Positions 1-13,252 of a DNA stretch of 64,000 bases are shown here, piece by piece. Numbering within the stretch: the first letter of the stretch is position 1; every line of letters starts with the position of its first letter. The stretch is from Callorhinchus milii (lineage: Eukaryota). The stretch covers positions 92,382,001-92,446,000 of the forward strand of contig NW_024704743.1 of assembly GCF_018977255.1 (NCBI RefSeq). Direction: 5' to 3'. The position numbers and the translations under genes are program-made. The notes under the pieces are model-generated. The model worked only from the letters and a program-made list of their open reading frames with translations. It had not been told where the DNA came from and did not search any database.

Positions 1-2484
1 TGATGTCGGACAGGCAGTCGGTCAGGATGCCAGTAGTCCTGGAGTTGAGGGTGGAAGCAGAGAGGTAGAGTTGGGTGTCATCTGCATACTTGTGGAAATT
101 TTCCTCATGTCTGCGGATGATGTCACCATGTAGAGGGTGAAGAGGAGGGGACCGAGGACAGAGCCCTGAGGAACACCGCACAAAAGAATGCGGGGGCTGG
201 AGGAGAAGCCGTTTGCAGTGACGAAGTGGAGGCGGTGTGAAAGGTAGGACCTGAACCAGTCGAGGACAGAAACTTGAAGTTTGAGGTGGGAGGAGAGGCA
301 GTGGAGGAGGATTGAGTGGTCCATGGTGTCAAAGGCAGCGGAGAGGTTGAGGAGAACGAGGAGGCATTGGGAGCCCTGGTCACACATGGTCAGGATGTTG
401 TTTGTGACCTTGACTAGAGCAGTTTCTGTGCTGTGGGAAGCACGGAAACCAGATTGGAGGGTTTCATGGAGGGAGTGAGAGGAGAGGAAAGAGTAAAGCT
501 GGGAGGCAATGGCTCTCTCAAGGACCTTGGATAGGAAGGGGAGATTTGAGATGGGCTGCAGCAAGATAGCTTTGATGGGTCAAGGGAATGTTTTTTCAAG
601 TTAGGGATGATAATGGCTGTCTTGAGGGGGGAAGGAATAGTGCCAGATGACAGGGAGAGTTTAATGATGTTGGCGGGTAGTGGGGCAAGGAGGTGGTACT
701 GGGATTTAAGGAGAGGGGTGGGGCTGAGGTCCAGGGAACATGTTATTAGGCTTCATGGAGGTTATGGTGGTGAAGACAGAGGAGGGGTTGATAGGTTCAA
801 AGGTGTGGAAGGAGGGATGGGTAATTGTCGGATGGGTAATTGTGTGGGGTGAGGGTAGGGAGAGGGTGGAAGTTGAGAGAGCAGTGACAGCTGAGTGGAT
901 TCCCTCGATTTTCGACAAGGAAGTCCAGCATTTTCTCGCAGTGAGAGTCAGAAGAAAGAATCTGCGAAGCATGGCGGGGAGGGCAGAGGAGCCGGTTGGT
1001 GGTGGAGAACAGTAGCATAGGGTTGCCCTTTGCCTCCATGATCAACCTGGAATAGAAGGATGATTTGGCTGAGGCGAGAGCGGAGCGGTAGCTCTTGATG
1101 AGGTCCAGCCAGATGTGGTGGTGGACCGTTAAACCGGATTTGAGCCAAGAGCGTTCAGCAGAGTGCATCTGGCCCGTAAGCAAGCGGAGGTGGCTGGTGA
1201 ACCAGGATGAGGATCGGGGATAGGAGGCAGTTTGGGAGGTGAGGGGGGCAAGGATGTTGAGTGTGGTGGAGAGGGTGCTGTAGAGAAGATCAAGCGCAGC
1301 GAGTGGGTTGGTGCGGGAGGTGGGCCAGAGAGGGAGGAGTTCAGAGGACTCCAGGGCAGCGGAGAGGGATTGCGGGGAGATCTTCTTCCATGGGCGGTAG
1401 AAGATGGTGGTAAGCTTGGAGGCAGTGGGGAGAGGGATATGGAAGTTGAGGGAGATGAAATGGTGGTCAGAGATGGCCTTGTCAATGATGGTGACATCTG
1501 AGACACTGAGGCCCCGGGTGATCACCAGGTTGAGTGGGTAGCCGTGGGTGTGGGTAGCAAAGTGGATGTGGAGGGAGAGATTGATAGAGGAGAGGAGAGA
1601 GGAGAAGTCTGAGGAGGTGGAGCAGGATGGGGTGAAGTGGAGTTTGAAGTCGCCTAGGATGATGAGGCGGTCGGAGCAGAGGCAGAGGGAAGCAAGAAGG
1701 GTGGAGATGTCAGAGATGAAGGTGGGAGAGCATTTTGGGGGGCAATAAAGTAAGAGAATTTTTGGAGAGAGGTGGGAGGGATGGCAGAGGGTAAGTTGTT
1801 CAAAAGAGGGGAAGGAGCCGGCAGAGTAGGGGGATAGGGCAAGTGACTACCCTGGATATGAGGGTCACATCACTGCCATGATGGTTGGGTCATGGGGCAT
1901 GGTGGTAGGTGTAGCTGGGTGGTGTGGCCTCAGTGAGGGGGAAGGTGTCAGTTGGGGTGATCCAGGTTTCCATGAGTGTCATGATGTCAATGTTCTCATT
2001 GAGGATGAGATCATTGACGGCCAGGGTCTTGTTGGAGATGGAGTGGACATTTTGAAGGCCAATGCGGAGTGGGCAGTTGGCAGGGGGATGTTTGGGATAG
2101 GAGGGGCCAGTGGGTTGGTTGAGAGGAAGGGTGGGGACGCGGATGAGGAAGGAAAGGTTAGCCCCTGGGGTTAGGTTCCAGGGTGGCTTGTGGCGGTAGT
2201 GGGGAATGGAGCAGTCAGTGTGGCTGCTGCTGGACAGCCTGCGCCGAGTGCTATGATCGTGATGAGCCCTGGGAAGGATTCCCAGGCTGGAGCACAGGGA
2301 GACAGTGGGGGAGTCAAGCAGAGATAGGAGGCGGGGAGGGCGGAGAGAGAGCAGCACAGAGCCGGAGAGTTGCAGGGAAGGGGGCATTTTGAGCGATTCC
2401 ACCTTGGGTCAGGGGCGGCAGCCAAGATGTGGCTTGGGCGGCGGGTTTAGTAGAACATTGTCAGGCTGCAGGAGGCTGTGGGGG
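1..2484 (-). mobile_element. L2-clade LINE, 5' portion (APE endonuclease + start of RT), frameshifted; runs off the window start
   Basis: Minus-strand ORFs give APE motifs (GLQNVHSISNK..IMTLMETWI; SDHHFI) and RT motifs ([42 protein letters not shown]). The frame is broken several times. Confidence 0.93.
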
Positions 2485-2657
2485 CTCCCTTCCCTCCCCT
2501 CACCCTGACTATTTCCCCCCTCCTCGCTCCCTCCCTTCCCTCCCCTCACCCTGACCATTTCCCCCCTGCTCGGGTCCTGACTCAACTGTCCAGCGCTTTG
2601 GGATGTCCTACCGACGTGAAAGGCGCTTTATAAATGGAATCTTGTTGTTATTGTTGT
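2485..2657 (+). mobile_element. Young L2 3' stub (46-bp UTR repeat, stem-loop, (GTT)n tail)
   Basis: Nearly identical to the 3' ends at 38460-38636 and 60380-60557. Confidence 0.9.
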
Positions 2658-3566
2658 AGAGGTGGCGCAGAGGGGAGAGTGCGTTCATTGTGGTTAGCAA
2701 TGAGCAACCTGCAGGAGAAGGACAGGGGAGACAGACAGACAGACAGACAGAAAGAGGGTGGGATGAAGTCAAACATTATCTCAGAATGTTATCAAATGTT
2801 CCTTGACTAAGGAAAGTGATGCTCTAACACTAGCACAGGCTTTACCTAACAGCATCCTGCATGTGGTTAACAGGAAGTTAATCTTTACACCACTAGTTTA
2901 GAATTTAAGGCCACAGGTGATTGATTCACCTAGTAAAAAGCAAAAATAGACAAAATAGTACCGCCGACTGAACTGTACAACAGGAAATAATCGCATTTAA
3001 AAAAAAGTAAAAGCTGAATGATTTTATTCTCAGTGGGGAGCTGCTGAGGTGAATTCAGGAAGCTTCACTTTTCAAACGTGACTCACAGCTATCAGAAAAC
3101 AGCATGCCGTATTAGGCCATCAAAAAGATGCTATAGTACAATATTATTTTAATAAGATTATATACGCATACCTATATAAAACAATAAAAGCTACACCTAA
3201 AAGCCTATTTTTTGTGTGTCAGTGCTACAGTTGTACTTAGAAAAAATATATTAAAATGGTTTATAATCTGTCTTGCTCTTTCTGTTCACGAGATATAGTG
3301 ATATAGTCAGCTTGGCAGTATTGCAAATAAGTCAATTGGGAGAACTGTGGTGTGTGTGGTGGGGGGGAGTTAATGTTTCTGTGGAGTTATTCTCCTGGAG
3401 CTATGCCTGAGGTGCTGGTGATCCCAAAGAAGCAGGTTTGCTGCCCACGGTATAAAAAATAACTTGAAAGAAAGGCCACAGCTTTCAGAACTCTTCACAG
3501 GCTCAGTTCCCTGAATGGCAATTGAGTGAGTTCTGCTGTCTTATTCCTTTAGCCACACAAGACCAC

Positions 3567-3580
3567 GTTGCCATGGTTAC
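3567..3580. promoter_or_regulatory. RFX X-box consensus match
   Basis: GTTGCCATGGTTAC; the reverse complement GTAACCATGGCAAC fits GTNRCC-AT-RGYAAC. Motif match only. Confidence 0.3.
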
Positions 3581-4174
3581 AGAATGACACAAGTTGTGAT
3601 ATTTTAGCGTTCCCTTAGTACATTAAAATTCCACAACTAATCTAAGTATTTTCAAATCACAAGCTTGGAGGATGTGTGTGTATGTGTGTGTCTATGTATG
3701 GGGCGGAGGGGGGTAATTATTCTCTGATTGGGGATAACAACTATAACAAATCACATTTATGTAGATCCTTTCACATCGGGAGGATGTCTCAAGTTGCTGA
3801 GAAACTGACTTTGATGGACCATGGCAGTCTCCTCCCCAAGTGCCATAACTGTAGGGAGAAACAAAGAATCAACCCTCTGTTCCTTCCCACCCAAGCCTTA
3901 TGTTTCCCTAAAGAAAGTTTCCTTTGTAGTCTAGGAGTATTCCCTTTCCTACTTAATTGTTATTGTTGCACTAAAAGAAATCTGTAATGTTGAGATGTCT
4001 GAAATAATGAGTGAAATGTGCAGCCTCACATAAACTGCTTTCCAGTGTTATAAAGAATGGCTTGGGAACTAACCAACCATTGCCTCATCATTCTGCACAT
4101 ATGACTCCTAGATCCTTGATGATAGGTCTGGGAATGGACAGTCCCTAAATTCATACATCTTACAGTAAATTTGG

Positions 4175-4453
4175 GGCCGGGCAATGTTGCTGATGTGGGG
4201 GAAGGCAGAGCAGGTCATTGCACGAATGTGAGGTAGAAAGGATAATTGAAGGTCAAACAAGATGCCAAGCTTCTGGATGGGCTTAGTAAGGTGGAGTGTG
4301 AATCCTTGGATGAGGTGTGGAGGCGCCTGAGGTGTGGAGGCGCTGACGGGAACCAATCAGGAGGGCCTCGGTCTTGATGACGTTCAATTGAAGAAAGTTA
4401 GCTCCCATCCAGGACTTGATGTCTGACAAACATTCTGTCAGGACAGCAGTGGA
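4175..4453 (-). mobile_element. L2 RT fragment
   Basis: [32 protein letters not shown] and LGILFDLQLSFLPHI match the other L2 copies. Confidence 0.88.
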
Positions 4454-5703
4454 CCATTCAATAATAATCCTATGAAAGGAAGAAGTTTGATTTTTTTTCG
4501 AGCTGCAAAAGATTGATATCTCAAAGTTCTTTACTGTAATTACTAGTAGGTGTAGTGACAGATTGTTTTTGGCAAATATGTTAGTCATTTTGCACATAAC
4601 ATGGTCCTATAAACAGCTGCGAGGTGAATGATCAATTGATTTGTTGGATTGCTAGTCGGAACACTGGGAGAAATTCTTTTTGAATCTAAGAACAGAATCA
4701 CCAGAACAGGCAGCTGTGAGCTTGACTGAAACCCTCATGTGTCCTTAAAAACCACTATGAACTTGGAACTTCCCTTCATATAATTGCTTGGGAATATAGC
4801 AATGTTGGTATTTTTGGTCAGCCAGCATCTGATAAATGGGGAAACTTATCAGAATACTTAAAAGTATCAAAAACAGACAGAATTCTCGGTGTGCCATCTA
4901 CACATGGAATTTCCATGACTGGAATGGAAGACACACCCTGCTTACCTAATTGCAGGAAGTTTGAGGTGCAGATTGGCAAGAGCCAAGGCAGCATGTGCAT
5001 TAAAATACTGCTGGAGTTTAATTAGTTAAAATCACATAGTTTGCCGTTGAAAGACCTATCTGGCAAACTTCCCAGCTCTTGTTCGGCTGGAACCATCCTA
5101 CCCTTGAGGAGTTTGAGTTGCATGGTTAATAGGAACTGAGTGGGGAGAATCTATTCTCCCAGTGACCAGTGTGTCCCTCCAATTTCTGCCAATGAGCCAG
5201 GCTGGACTATCAGCAGCAGTACTGTGGACCTGCCCGGCTCAGGAACCGGACTACTAAGACGACCAGAGAAGATTGATTTGATTCGGATGTATGCCACCTT
5301 GGAGCCAGTTCAGACAGAGTATGCAGGGTTAACAGGAACTGAATAGGAAGACTGAAAACTCTCAATTAACCTAAATACAAGTGCTCATCACCAGTGCTTT
5401 ATCTACAATCTAGCCAAGAACCAATAATCATCCGATGGGACCAAACGAAGCTCAATATTATTCAATGCTGCTTTTCAAGTGCTTAATGTTTGAATCAGGA
5501 GTCATTTGCTTTCAGTTTCACAGCTAACAGGCTGTATGAACTTTGCGGTTATTACCCCCCNTAGATTAAAGGAAGGGCTACAGAAATGCTATGGTAATGA
5601 TGCTGGATTATACATTTTAATTAAAAATATATGATAATTTAAGTTACACAATATATTATTATATTATTATTATAATTTAAGTTAACATCAGAATAATGTC
5701 CAC

Positions 5704-5912
5704 TAATATCTTTCAGGGAAAGAAAATCTGCCATCATTACCTGGTCTGGCCTACATGTGACTATGTGTGGATGATAGCAAATCATTGAGTTGTAAAAATT
5801 GTTATGAAAAGAACTACTGCAAATTAAAGAGAAAGCCCACTTACAGCAACTATGGGTGGGCAATAAATGCTGATCCTGCCAGCGCCATCCACATCTGCAG
5901 AATGAGTATTTA
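5704..5912 (+). mobile_element. Old interspersed repeat, probably a LINE 3' end
   Basis: gggaaagaaaatctgccatcattacctggtctggcctacatgtgact...gggcaataaatgctg resembles a common chondrichthyan repeat (recalled, not searched). Confidence 0.45.
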
Positions 5913-6924
5913 AAAAAAAACATCACTAGAAAAGTCAGGATATGTATTAATTCATACAGAGTGAAAAACACATTAGTCTGTGACCGACTGATACAATTCA
6001 CAGTTCCCAAAAGTGATTCTTCACATCAGTGAAAATAATGATATACATATGTGAATCACCACTGAATGACTCTTGGAATTAATGTAAAAATTATGATGAT
6101 TAGAAAATGAACAGACTGCCTCACAGGGTGAAAGTGCAGTCCTACAAGATAGACATACTTTATTATGGGACATTCACATCTCAGGACCAAATAGAAATGC
6201 TCTCTCTCCCTTGTGGAATATTTTGTATATAATGCTAACATTGTAATGCTGGAAACAGAAAGCATTCATTTCAGTTTTGGAAAAGATGCATGAAGAAAGC
6301 TGTCTTTGCAAAACATGCATTTTATTCAGATAGCATATTGGGAATCTGTAAGCTACATGCGAACTAGTATGAAAAGGAAAATAAATGTATTTGCTCCAGT
6401 AATTATTTGTACAGTGTGAGGTAACCACCAACAACTTATATTGATGTTGCTAGGGGCTATCAGGAGAAATGTCACTCCACTCAGCAAGTGATGAGGTTTG
6501 ACATATGGCATCAAAGCATCATTAAGAATGCACCTCTGTTGGATAGATTATATCAGTGGGATTATAACTAGAAAAGGTTGTGCTGGGAAACTAAGCAACA
6601 AGAATCACTTTAGTAAGCAGATACTTACCACTTACTTTTATTTAAAAAATAGTTTGGTAAGTGGTAAGTCACTCAAAATCAAAGAGAGTAAAAGGAGCAG
6701 AAAGATCTAAAGAATACAATGGTTAATAGCACACAGGGGGTAAATTTGTAATGTGTCTATCCATTCAATGTGTCAATTATTGACCTTCAATGCCTATCAG
6801 TATATGACAAGGGCATAGTTTGTTGCAATTTTGGGTTCAACACTAAATGCCAGTCAAGAGACTGTTCCAAAGTGATTCACAGGATCTAATGTAAAGTTTG
6901 GCTGTGTGTTTTGTGGCAAATTGT

Positions 6925-7291
6925 GTTCAAATCCATTCACTCTCTGGCACTCCCTACCTCTTCAACCTCTTCATTCCCCAATCCACCACCCGGCACCTCC
7001 GCTCAACTGGCACTGGCCTCCTGCTCGTCCCTCGCACCCTCCGCCCCACCATTGGAGGTTTCACTTTCAGCCACTGCACCCCAATACTCTGGAACACTCT
7101 CCCTCAATCCCTCCATCTTGCCCCCTCTCTCCCCTCTTTCAAAACCCACCTGAAAACTTTCCTCTTCGACCGTGCTTACGTTCGCCTAACCCCTTCCCCC
7201 TCCCCTTGGCTTGGAGTCAGGCTCCGCCACTGTTAAGCACTCCGAGATGCTACCCTGCGTGGCGGGTGCTATATAAGTGCAAGTTGTTGTT
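6925..7291 (+). mobile_element. L2 3' fragment, older subfamily
   Basis: [46 protein letters not shown], then a hairpin and a gttgttgttg tail. Confidence 0.88.
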
Positions 7292-7344
7292 GATCCAAGT
7301 TGCACACAAAAATGTTCCTTAACCAGCCTTTGAAGTCAGTGACC

Positions 7345-7610
7345 AATTATATTGGGGGATTGTTGGCCAGGACATCGTGAGAAACCCCCTCCTTTTCTGA
7401 ATAACACCATGGAACTTTAACATCCAACAGATGGCACCTCGGTTTAACATCTCATCGGAACAGCGGCATCTCCAACAATGCAACACCCACACCCACCACT
7501 CCATTGGAGTGTCAGCCCAGACTATATATGAGTTTCAAATCCCGATGTGGTGCTTGACCCCACAACCTTCTGATTCAGAGTCTATAGTGCTACCAACTGA
7601 ACTAGGCTGC
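7345..7610 (-). mobile_element. Old DeuSINE/SacSINE1-like SINE (head + core)
   Basis: Reverse complement of the head cagcctagttcagttggtagcact and of the core gatgagatgttaaaccgagg...ttaaagttccatgg, shared with 24743-25130. Confidence 0.75.
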
Positions 7611-7914
7611 CTCAATGTCCTTGGTCCAATCATTACAGCAAATAATTCCCCTGGCTCGACATAATGGATGTGGCTGTGAATTTCTCCTAATCACAGTGAT
7701 TGTCATTTAAATGTGCCTTAAAACAGTATATTGATTTAACTTTGTTGGTATCTTGTAAAGCAGCATTCTATCTGTAGCATTTAAATTCACTCACTTTCCC
7801 GATATCTGGATTTCCGATATCAAGTACAATGCCTTTTTTCCTAAATTGAGAATTGAAACAATATATTGTGCCGAGTACAGGGATGAATTTAGTTCCAAGT
7901 AAATAGGAACAGAT

Positions 7915-8212
7915 TCAATATAATGTACATTTATAGAACATCTTACACAAGGCAGGAAGGTGTCCCTTGACAATGCTGAAAGGCACCCAAGTTGGGGGTG
8001 GAAGCAAGGAAGGTTTGGAGGGGAAAAATGACTGAAAGCATGGTCCAATAGGTAAGTCATGAGGCGGGTCTCGAAAGAATGAGGAGAGTGTGAGGAGAAA
8101 GAGAGTTGGGGATCTCTGAGATGGAAATGAAGAATGGCTGAAAGCGCACCCATCTATGGTGGAACAGATATGGATGGGGGACATGAAGCAGGCCACTGTT
8201 TGCTGAGCGAAT
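7915..8212 (-). mobile_element. Old L2 3' fragment
   Basis: Degenerate FETRLMTYLLDHAF C-terminus plus a decayed tail. Confidence 0.65.
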
Positions 8213-9656
8213 GGAATAATGGAATGGTTAGTTCGTTGAGGTGCAACAGAAGTGAGTCACACTTTATAACAGATTTGATGTGATAATTATCAGTAATGAA
8301 ATGTCCCATATTTCACACAAAAAGCACAAAGCAACAATGCAGCACTGAGCTCACAACTATATTACCAATGGTCTTAAAATAAAATGCATAGGAAGTGAAA
8401 ATCTTTAGGTTAGGTAACCTTGTCATAAGGTTGTTTAGTGATCTTTGGTGAGTTAACATCACCACAAGAAGCAGACATATTGGGGTTAAAACTGTGGTGA
8501 TGATACATTCAGACAAAGTTTTTAACTGATTATTGGGCATTGATAATTTGCGTGAACATCATGAAGGAAGGTGTAAAAAAGTTGTAGGCAATGCAGTCAA
8601 TCAAAGAGTAAGTTTCTCAAGCAACCTTAACTGGATATTGAAGCCCCGTAACAGTGCTGGGAAGGTGGTTGATACAGACGAAAATCTCAGCAGCTCATTC
8701 CATGGGGCTTTTATCAAGCGCTCTGGGATGCTACCCTGCATGAAGGGCGTTATATAAATACAAGATTTTGTTGTGGTATAATCTCACAACATGCTCAGTA
8801 AGGGAATTTCCACATGTAGGCAGCATTCATGTAACTCAGTCTATTCTGGATACGCTTAAGTGATTGGTTTTGGCAGGTGTAAGACACACCGGTTGACTGA
8901 AAACAACAACAGCAACAAATTACATTAGTATAGCACCTTTCACGTTGGGAGGACGTCCCTTTCCTTAAGTGAAAAAAAAACAGGAAACGAAAGGAAATGA
9001 AATAATGAGTTGGCCATTTTCTCCTTTACCCAGCACAATGCACCATTCTGTGTACACTAAGCCAAAACATACACATACTGAAGAACCAAACAATTCTCCA
9101 AATCAAATTCACAATGAACAATACAATTACAGTTTAGGAAAATGTGCTGTGAAAATTTTTGCTGTGTGACCACACCTTATTTAAACAAAATTAGCAGTAG
9201 TCCCAAAGAGGTAAATTTATATTGATTTATGTTCATACAAAACAAAAGAATATCTTTCTTTACCAACTGGTGATTTTTAGTGCGTTTACTGTAATTTGCC
9301 ATATTTCAAAGAGTTACTTTGAGCAGTAATTCCCTTTCACAGCACCGAAGGCTGGCGATATCAGGAACATGGCATTTACATTTGAAAATGAATGAATGAA
9401 TTGTCATAAATCAGATTATGTAATTTCCTTAAGAACAGACCTAACAGGTCAAGACATCAGTGAATAGGACTGATATGTTAATTTCTTTCCCCTTCCTTTG
9501 GGCCAGCCAGCATATATTGACAGCTCAAAGTAATTCAACAACAATTTTCAACAATATTACATTTATATTGCACATTCACTTATTTAGCAAGACGTCTCAA
9601 AGTGCTTCAAAAAGCCAATTAGGAGCCTGAGGTGGGGGGGTGGGGGAGCTGAGGAA

Positions 9657-10432
9657 TAACAACAACAAAATTACATTTATAGAGCGCCTTTCACGTTGTG
9701 CGGACGTCCCAAAGCGTTGAACAGTAAGGGGTCGGGACCTGAGCATGGGGGAGTGGTGGGGTAGGGGTGAGGGAAGATAGAGAGGTGGGAGGGAGATCAA
9801 AGGCACGATAGAAGAGAAGGGTCTTGAACCAGCCATGTAGGAGGCAAGAGTATGGGGGCAGAGAGACTGAAAGCCCGGCCACCAATGGTAGGCGGGTTGG
9901 GCGGGAGACATGGGGGTGAAGAAGTGGCGGAGTCTGGCAATGTTGTAGAGGTGGTGGTAGGCAGTGCCAGTCATGGTGCGGATGTGGGGGAGAAAGGACA
10001 GTTCAGGGTCAAACAAGATACCCAGGTTCCTGACTGGCTTAGTGAGGCTGAGTGTGCAGCCGTGGAGGTTGATGCAGCCAGCGCCCGAGGTGCGGAGGCT
10101 CTGGTACGAGCCAATCAGGAGGGCCTCGGTCTTGCTGTCATTGAGTTGGAGAAAGTTGTTCCTCATCCAGGACTTGATGTCGGACAGGCAGTAAGTCAGG
10201 AAGCCAGTAGTCCTGGAGTTGAGGGTGGAGGCTGAGAGATAGAGTTGGGTGTCATACGCATACATGTCGAAATTTACCCCATGTCTGCGGATGATGTCAC
10301 CAAGGGGAGCATGTAGAGGGTGAAAAGGAGGGGACTGAGGACAGAGCCCTGAGGAACACCACATGAGACGGTGCAGGGGCTGGAGGAGAAGCCGTTTGCT
10401 ACGACGAAGTGGAGGCGGTGTGAAAGGTACGA
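9657..10432 (-). mobile_element. L2 3' half with an internal deletion
   Basis: [39 protein letters not shown]; (AAC)n tail at the left end; jumps in element position near 9910. Confidence 0.92.
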
Positions 10433-10567
10433 AGGTTGGGGTGAAATGACAAAAAGTGCATTCAAAAAGAAAAATCTTAAAATGGGTTTAAAGTGGGGAG
10501 GGAAGAGGCAAGACATGTATCGCATCAAAGCCATTCTCTAATTAGTCCTTAACCTTGATGGGGGATG

Positions 10568-10890
10568 ATAATAACAATAATCCTTACATTTGCCTTAGCG
10601 TCTTTCACATTGGGAGGACGTCTCAAAGCTTTTCACAGGATATTCTGTACAGTTTAATATTTTGTAGGTAATCTGGTAGCTAATTTGCAACAGAGCAATG
10701 TCCCACAAACAGCCATGAAATTATTGATGAACTTACTTTGGGGGATTTAAATCCCATCTGAAAATCTAACACTTTGTCTACATTGCACTGCATTGCAGTA
10801 TCAGCATACAGGGTTTCAAATCCAATGGGGACTTGAATCCATAATCGTCTAACTTAAAAGCGAGACTGCTACCAACTGAGTCAGGCTGAT
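10568..10890 (-). mobile_element. Old DeuSINE-like SINE, internally deleted
   Basis: Tail aataatccttacattt...tttcacattgggaggacgtc, body gcaatgtcccacaaacagc, head ctaccaactgagtcaggctga. Confidence 0.7.
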
Positions 10891-11483
10891 ATTTACCAGA
10901 TGTAAATTTGTGCTGAGTTTTATATAAAAAGATAATTTATTGGTTGGGTAGAAACGTTAACAATTTAAATTAATAATCCATGCTACCAATTGTAATTGTT
11001 TGCCAAAAAGAAATTGGAATATATCCATTTGTCCATATTTATGGAAATTAACTGATCTGTTATATATGTGTCATCTTATAACCTGTGAGCAACCTTACTG
11101 GGAGCAGTTGCTAAGCATTTTAAAAATCCAATTAGGACCTTTTTATAGTTGCTGAATTTTTATTACTCCCCAAAAATCCTTTAGAATTTATGTTGTACAT
11201 AACAATAGCATAGTTTCAAATACTCTGCAAACTCTGACATGCAGATACTGGGCACAATGTGGTATAACTAGTTTAGGGCCCTTTGTTTTGTTCAACTTAA
11301 GATTGTGGATGGCTTTTCAATATAACTTCTGAGCAGCCATTGAGAAGTCAATAACATGCATTGAACCTATGGTCACCTTCCCCTTCCTCCCTCCTCTGTT
11401 CAGCATTCATCCCCACCTCTGTAAAAAACTTGGAGATGCTATTTTACGTGAAGAGCATTATATTTATATGTTATTTAGAAAGA

Positions 11484-11690
11484 AGAATATACAGCATAGA
11501 AACCGGGCATTTGGCCCTGTAGTCAGTGCTGGTGTTTATACTTCAAACGAGTGTCCACCCATTCCTTACACCCTCCAATAACTTTCTATTCCCCTCTCCA
11601 TCATGTAAAGTCTAGCTTTCTGTTGAATGCATCTATAATATCTGAATAAATCACTGCTTCAGGCAGTAAGTTTCACAATATCACTATGCT
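11484..11690 (-). mobile_element. CR1 3' end remnant
   Basis: acagcatagaaaccgggcatttggccc resembles the CR1 tails at 14456 and 50181. Confidence 0.55.
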
Positions 11691-12724
11691 CTTTTGTTGG
11701 TGTTGAACATGGCTTTAGAAATTGTAATTAGTTCTCAGTACTTCCCGTCCTCTGGGACTGGGTGATTCATTGAGCCTTTTCTAAGAAAAAATGATCTAAA
11801 AGCAAATTGCCATCTATTCAGAAAGCAGGCATTGCTATTAGCTCACCTCATTGGTGAATTTACTTTGTACTGACAAGTTCCAGTTTATTTTTACATCTGT
11901 ACTACCAACTGGGGTTACTGAACATAACCTTGCTCCCACATTTAGCTTCCTATCAATGAATGCTTAATTTATTTTAAGATAGATCTTCAGCAGATAAATT
12001 CTGCTATTTGTATTCTCGTCCATAGAAGTTTGGATTCCCGAAACTACAGTTCTGTCTAGTACACCATCAGGGGCTTCCCCTGTATTGTAACCTTACTGTT
12101 ACTGTGAGAATTCTGAAAAAGATTTTAACAGTTTTAAATATGGAAGAGAAATAAGTGTTGGTTATATTGGTCAGCTAATTTCCAGTGATGTGAGATTCCT
12201 TAAGGAAAAGGGAGCTCTACTCGGTTTCACAATTGAAGAATTCCATTGGAAATCACCATATATTAGTCTCCCATTACAGTACTGAACATGTCTTACTGTA
12301 CACTGCATGGCCTTTCTGCTGAGGAGGATATATATGTGCTAAATGGCACTTAACTCAATAGATGCTGTCGTTATATAATCACTTCACGGCACACTTCATT
12401 AAAATGGTATTATCTTCATGCAGCTTTTTCCAATATTTTTGATTTATAAAGTTGGAGGGATGAAGCTTTTCTACAAAGCCATTAAAAACATGCTTGAAAT
12501 AAATTGCTTTGGATGATCCTGGACTAATTATTTCCATTTAAAATATGCATTTAAAGAGTACGGAATATTGCCAAGTCATTGATGATGAAGTAGATCAGTT
12601 TATCACCATTGTCAATATGAAGAGATGGACAGACAAACTATCTTCACAGACTGACAATGATATTTCAGTTGCTATCAATGGAAAGCGATCTATATTTATT
12701 GTAATTCTTATATTTGATATGATG

Positions 12725-13252
12725 CCTTAGCATGTCATCAAAATGGTTCAAAATATTTTGCAGAACTTATTGTAAAATGTAGTGATCTAATTTTAGGTAA
12801 ATGCAGCAGTCAATTTGAAAATAGCAATGGCTCACAAACAGACATATAGTCAATGATATTTTGGGGGATTATTGGTCAGGACCCCAGGAGAAACTCGCTT
12901 CTCTTTCCAAAAAGTTTAAAGAGTAATGGCACATATATAATCAGAGTAGCTGGGGTTGATGTGAAAATTATTTCAGATGAGATGTTAAACCAAATTCTGT
13001 CTGCCTGTTCAGGTAGACATTAAAGATCTCACAGTACTATTTGAAAAGAGAAAGGGCCAACAGTGCCCCAAATAAAAAAAAATGGTCACTCACTCCATGG
13101 TTGTTTGTGGGACACTGTTGTGCACAAACTGGTTGCAGTATTTCACCTATAAAAAAAACAGTCAATTCCATTTTACAGTATATACTGTGAAGCGCTTTGG
13201 GACATCTTGACAACATGGTAAGACACATTAAATGCAAGGATTATTATTATAA
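12725..13252. mobile_element. Two old DeuSINE-like remnants in opposite orientation (- then +)
   Basis: The plus copy (about 12965-13252) has gatgagatgttaaacc..gtgggacactgttgtgcacaaactgg..gcaaggattattatt. The minus remnant spans about 12725-12915. Confidence 0.65.

Noticed and set aside
5143..5160. Perfect inverted repeat gggagaat-ct-attctccc
   Set aside because: Isolated 8-bp stem with no supporting context.
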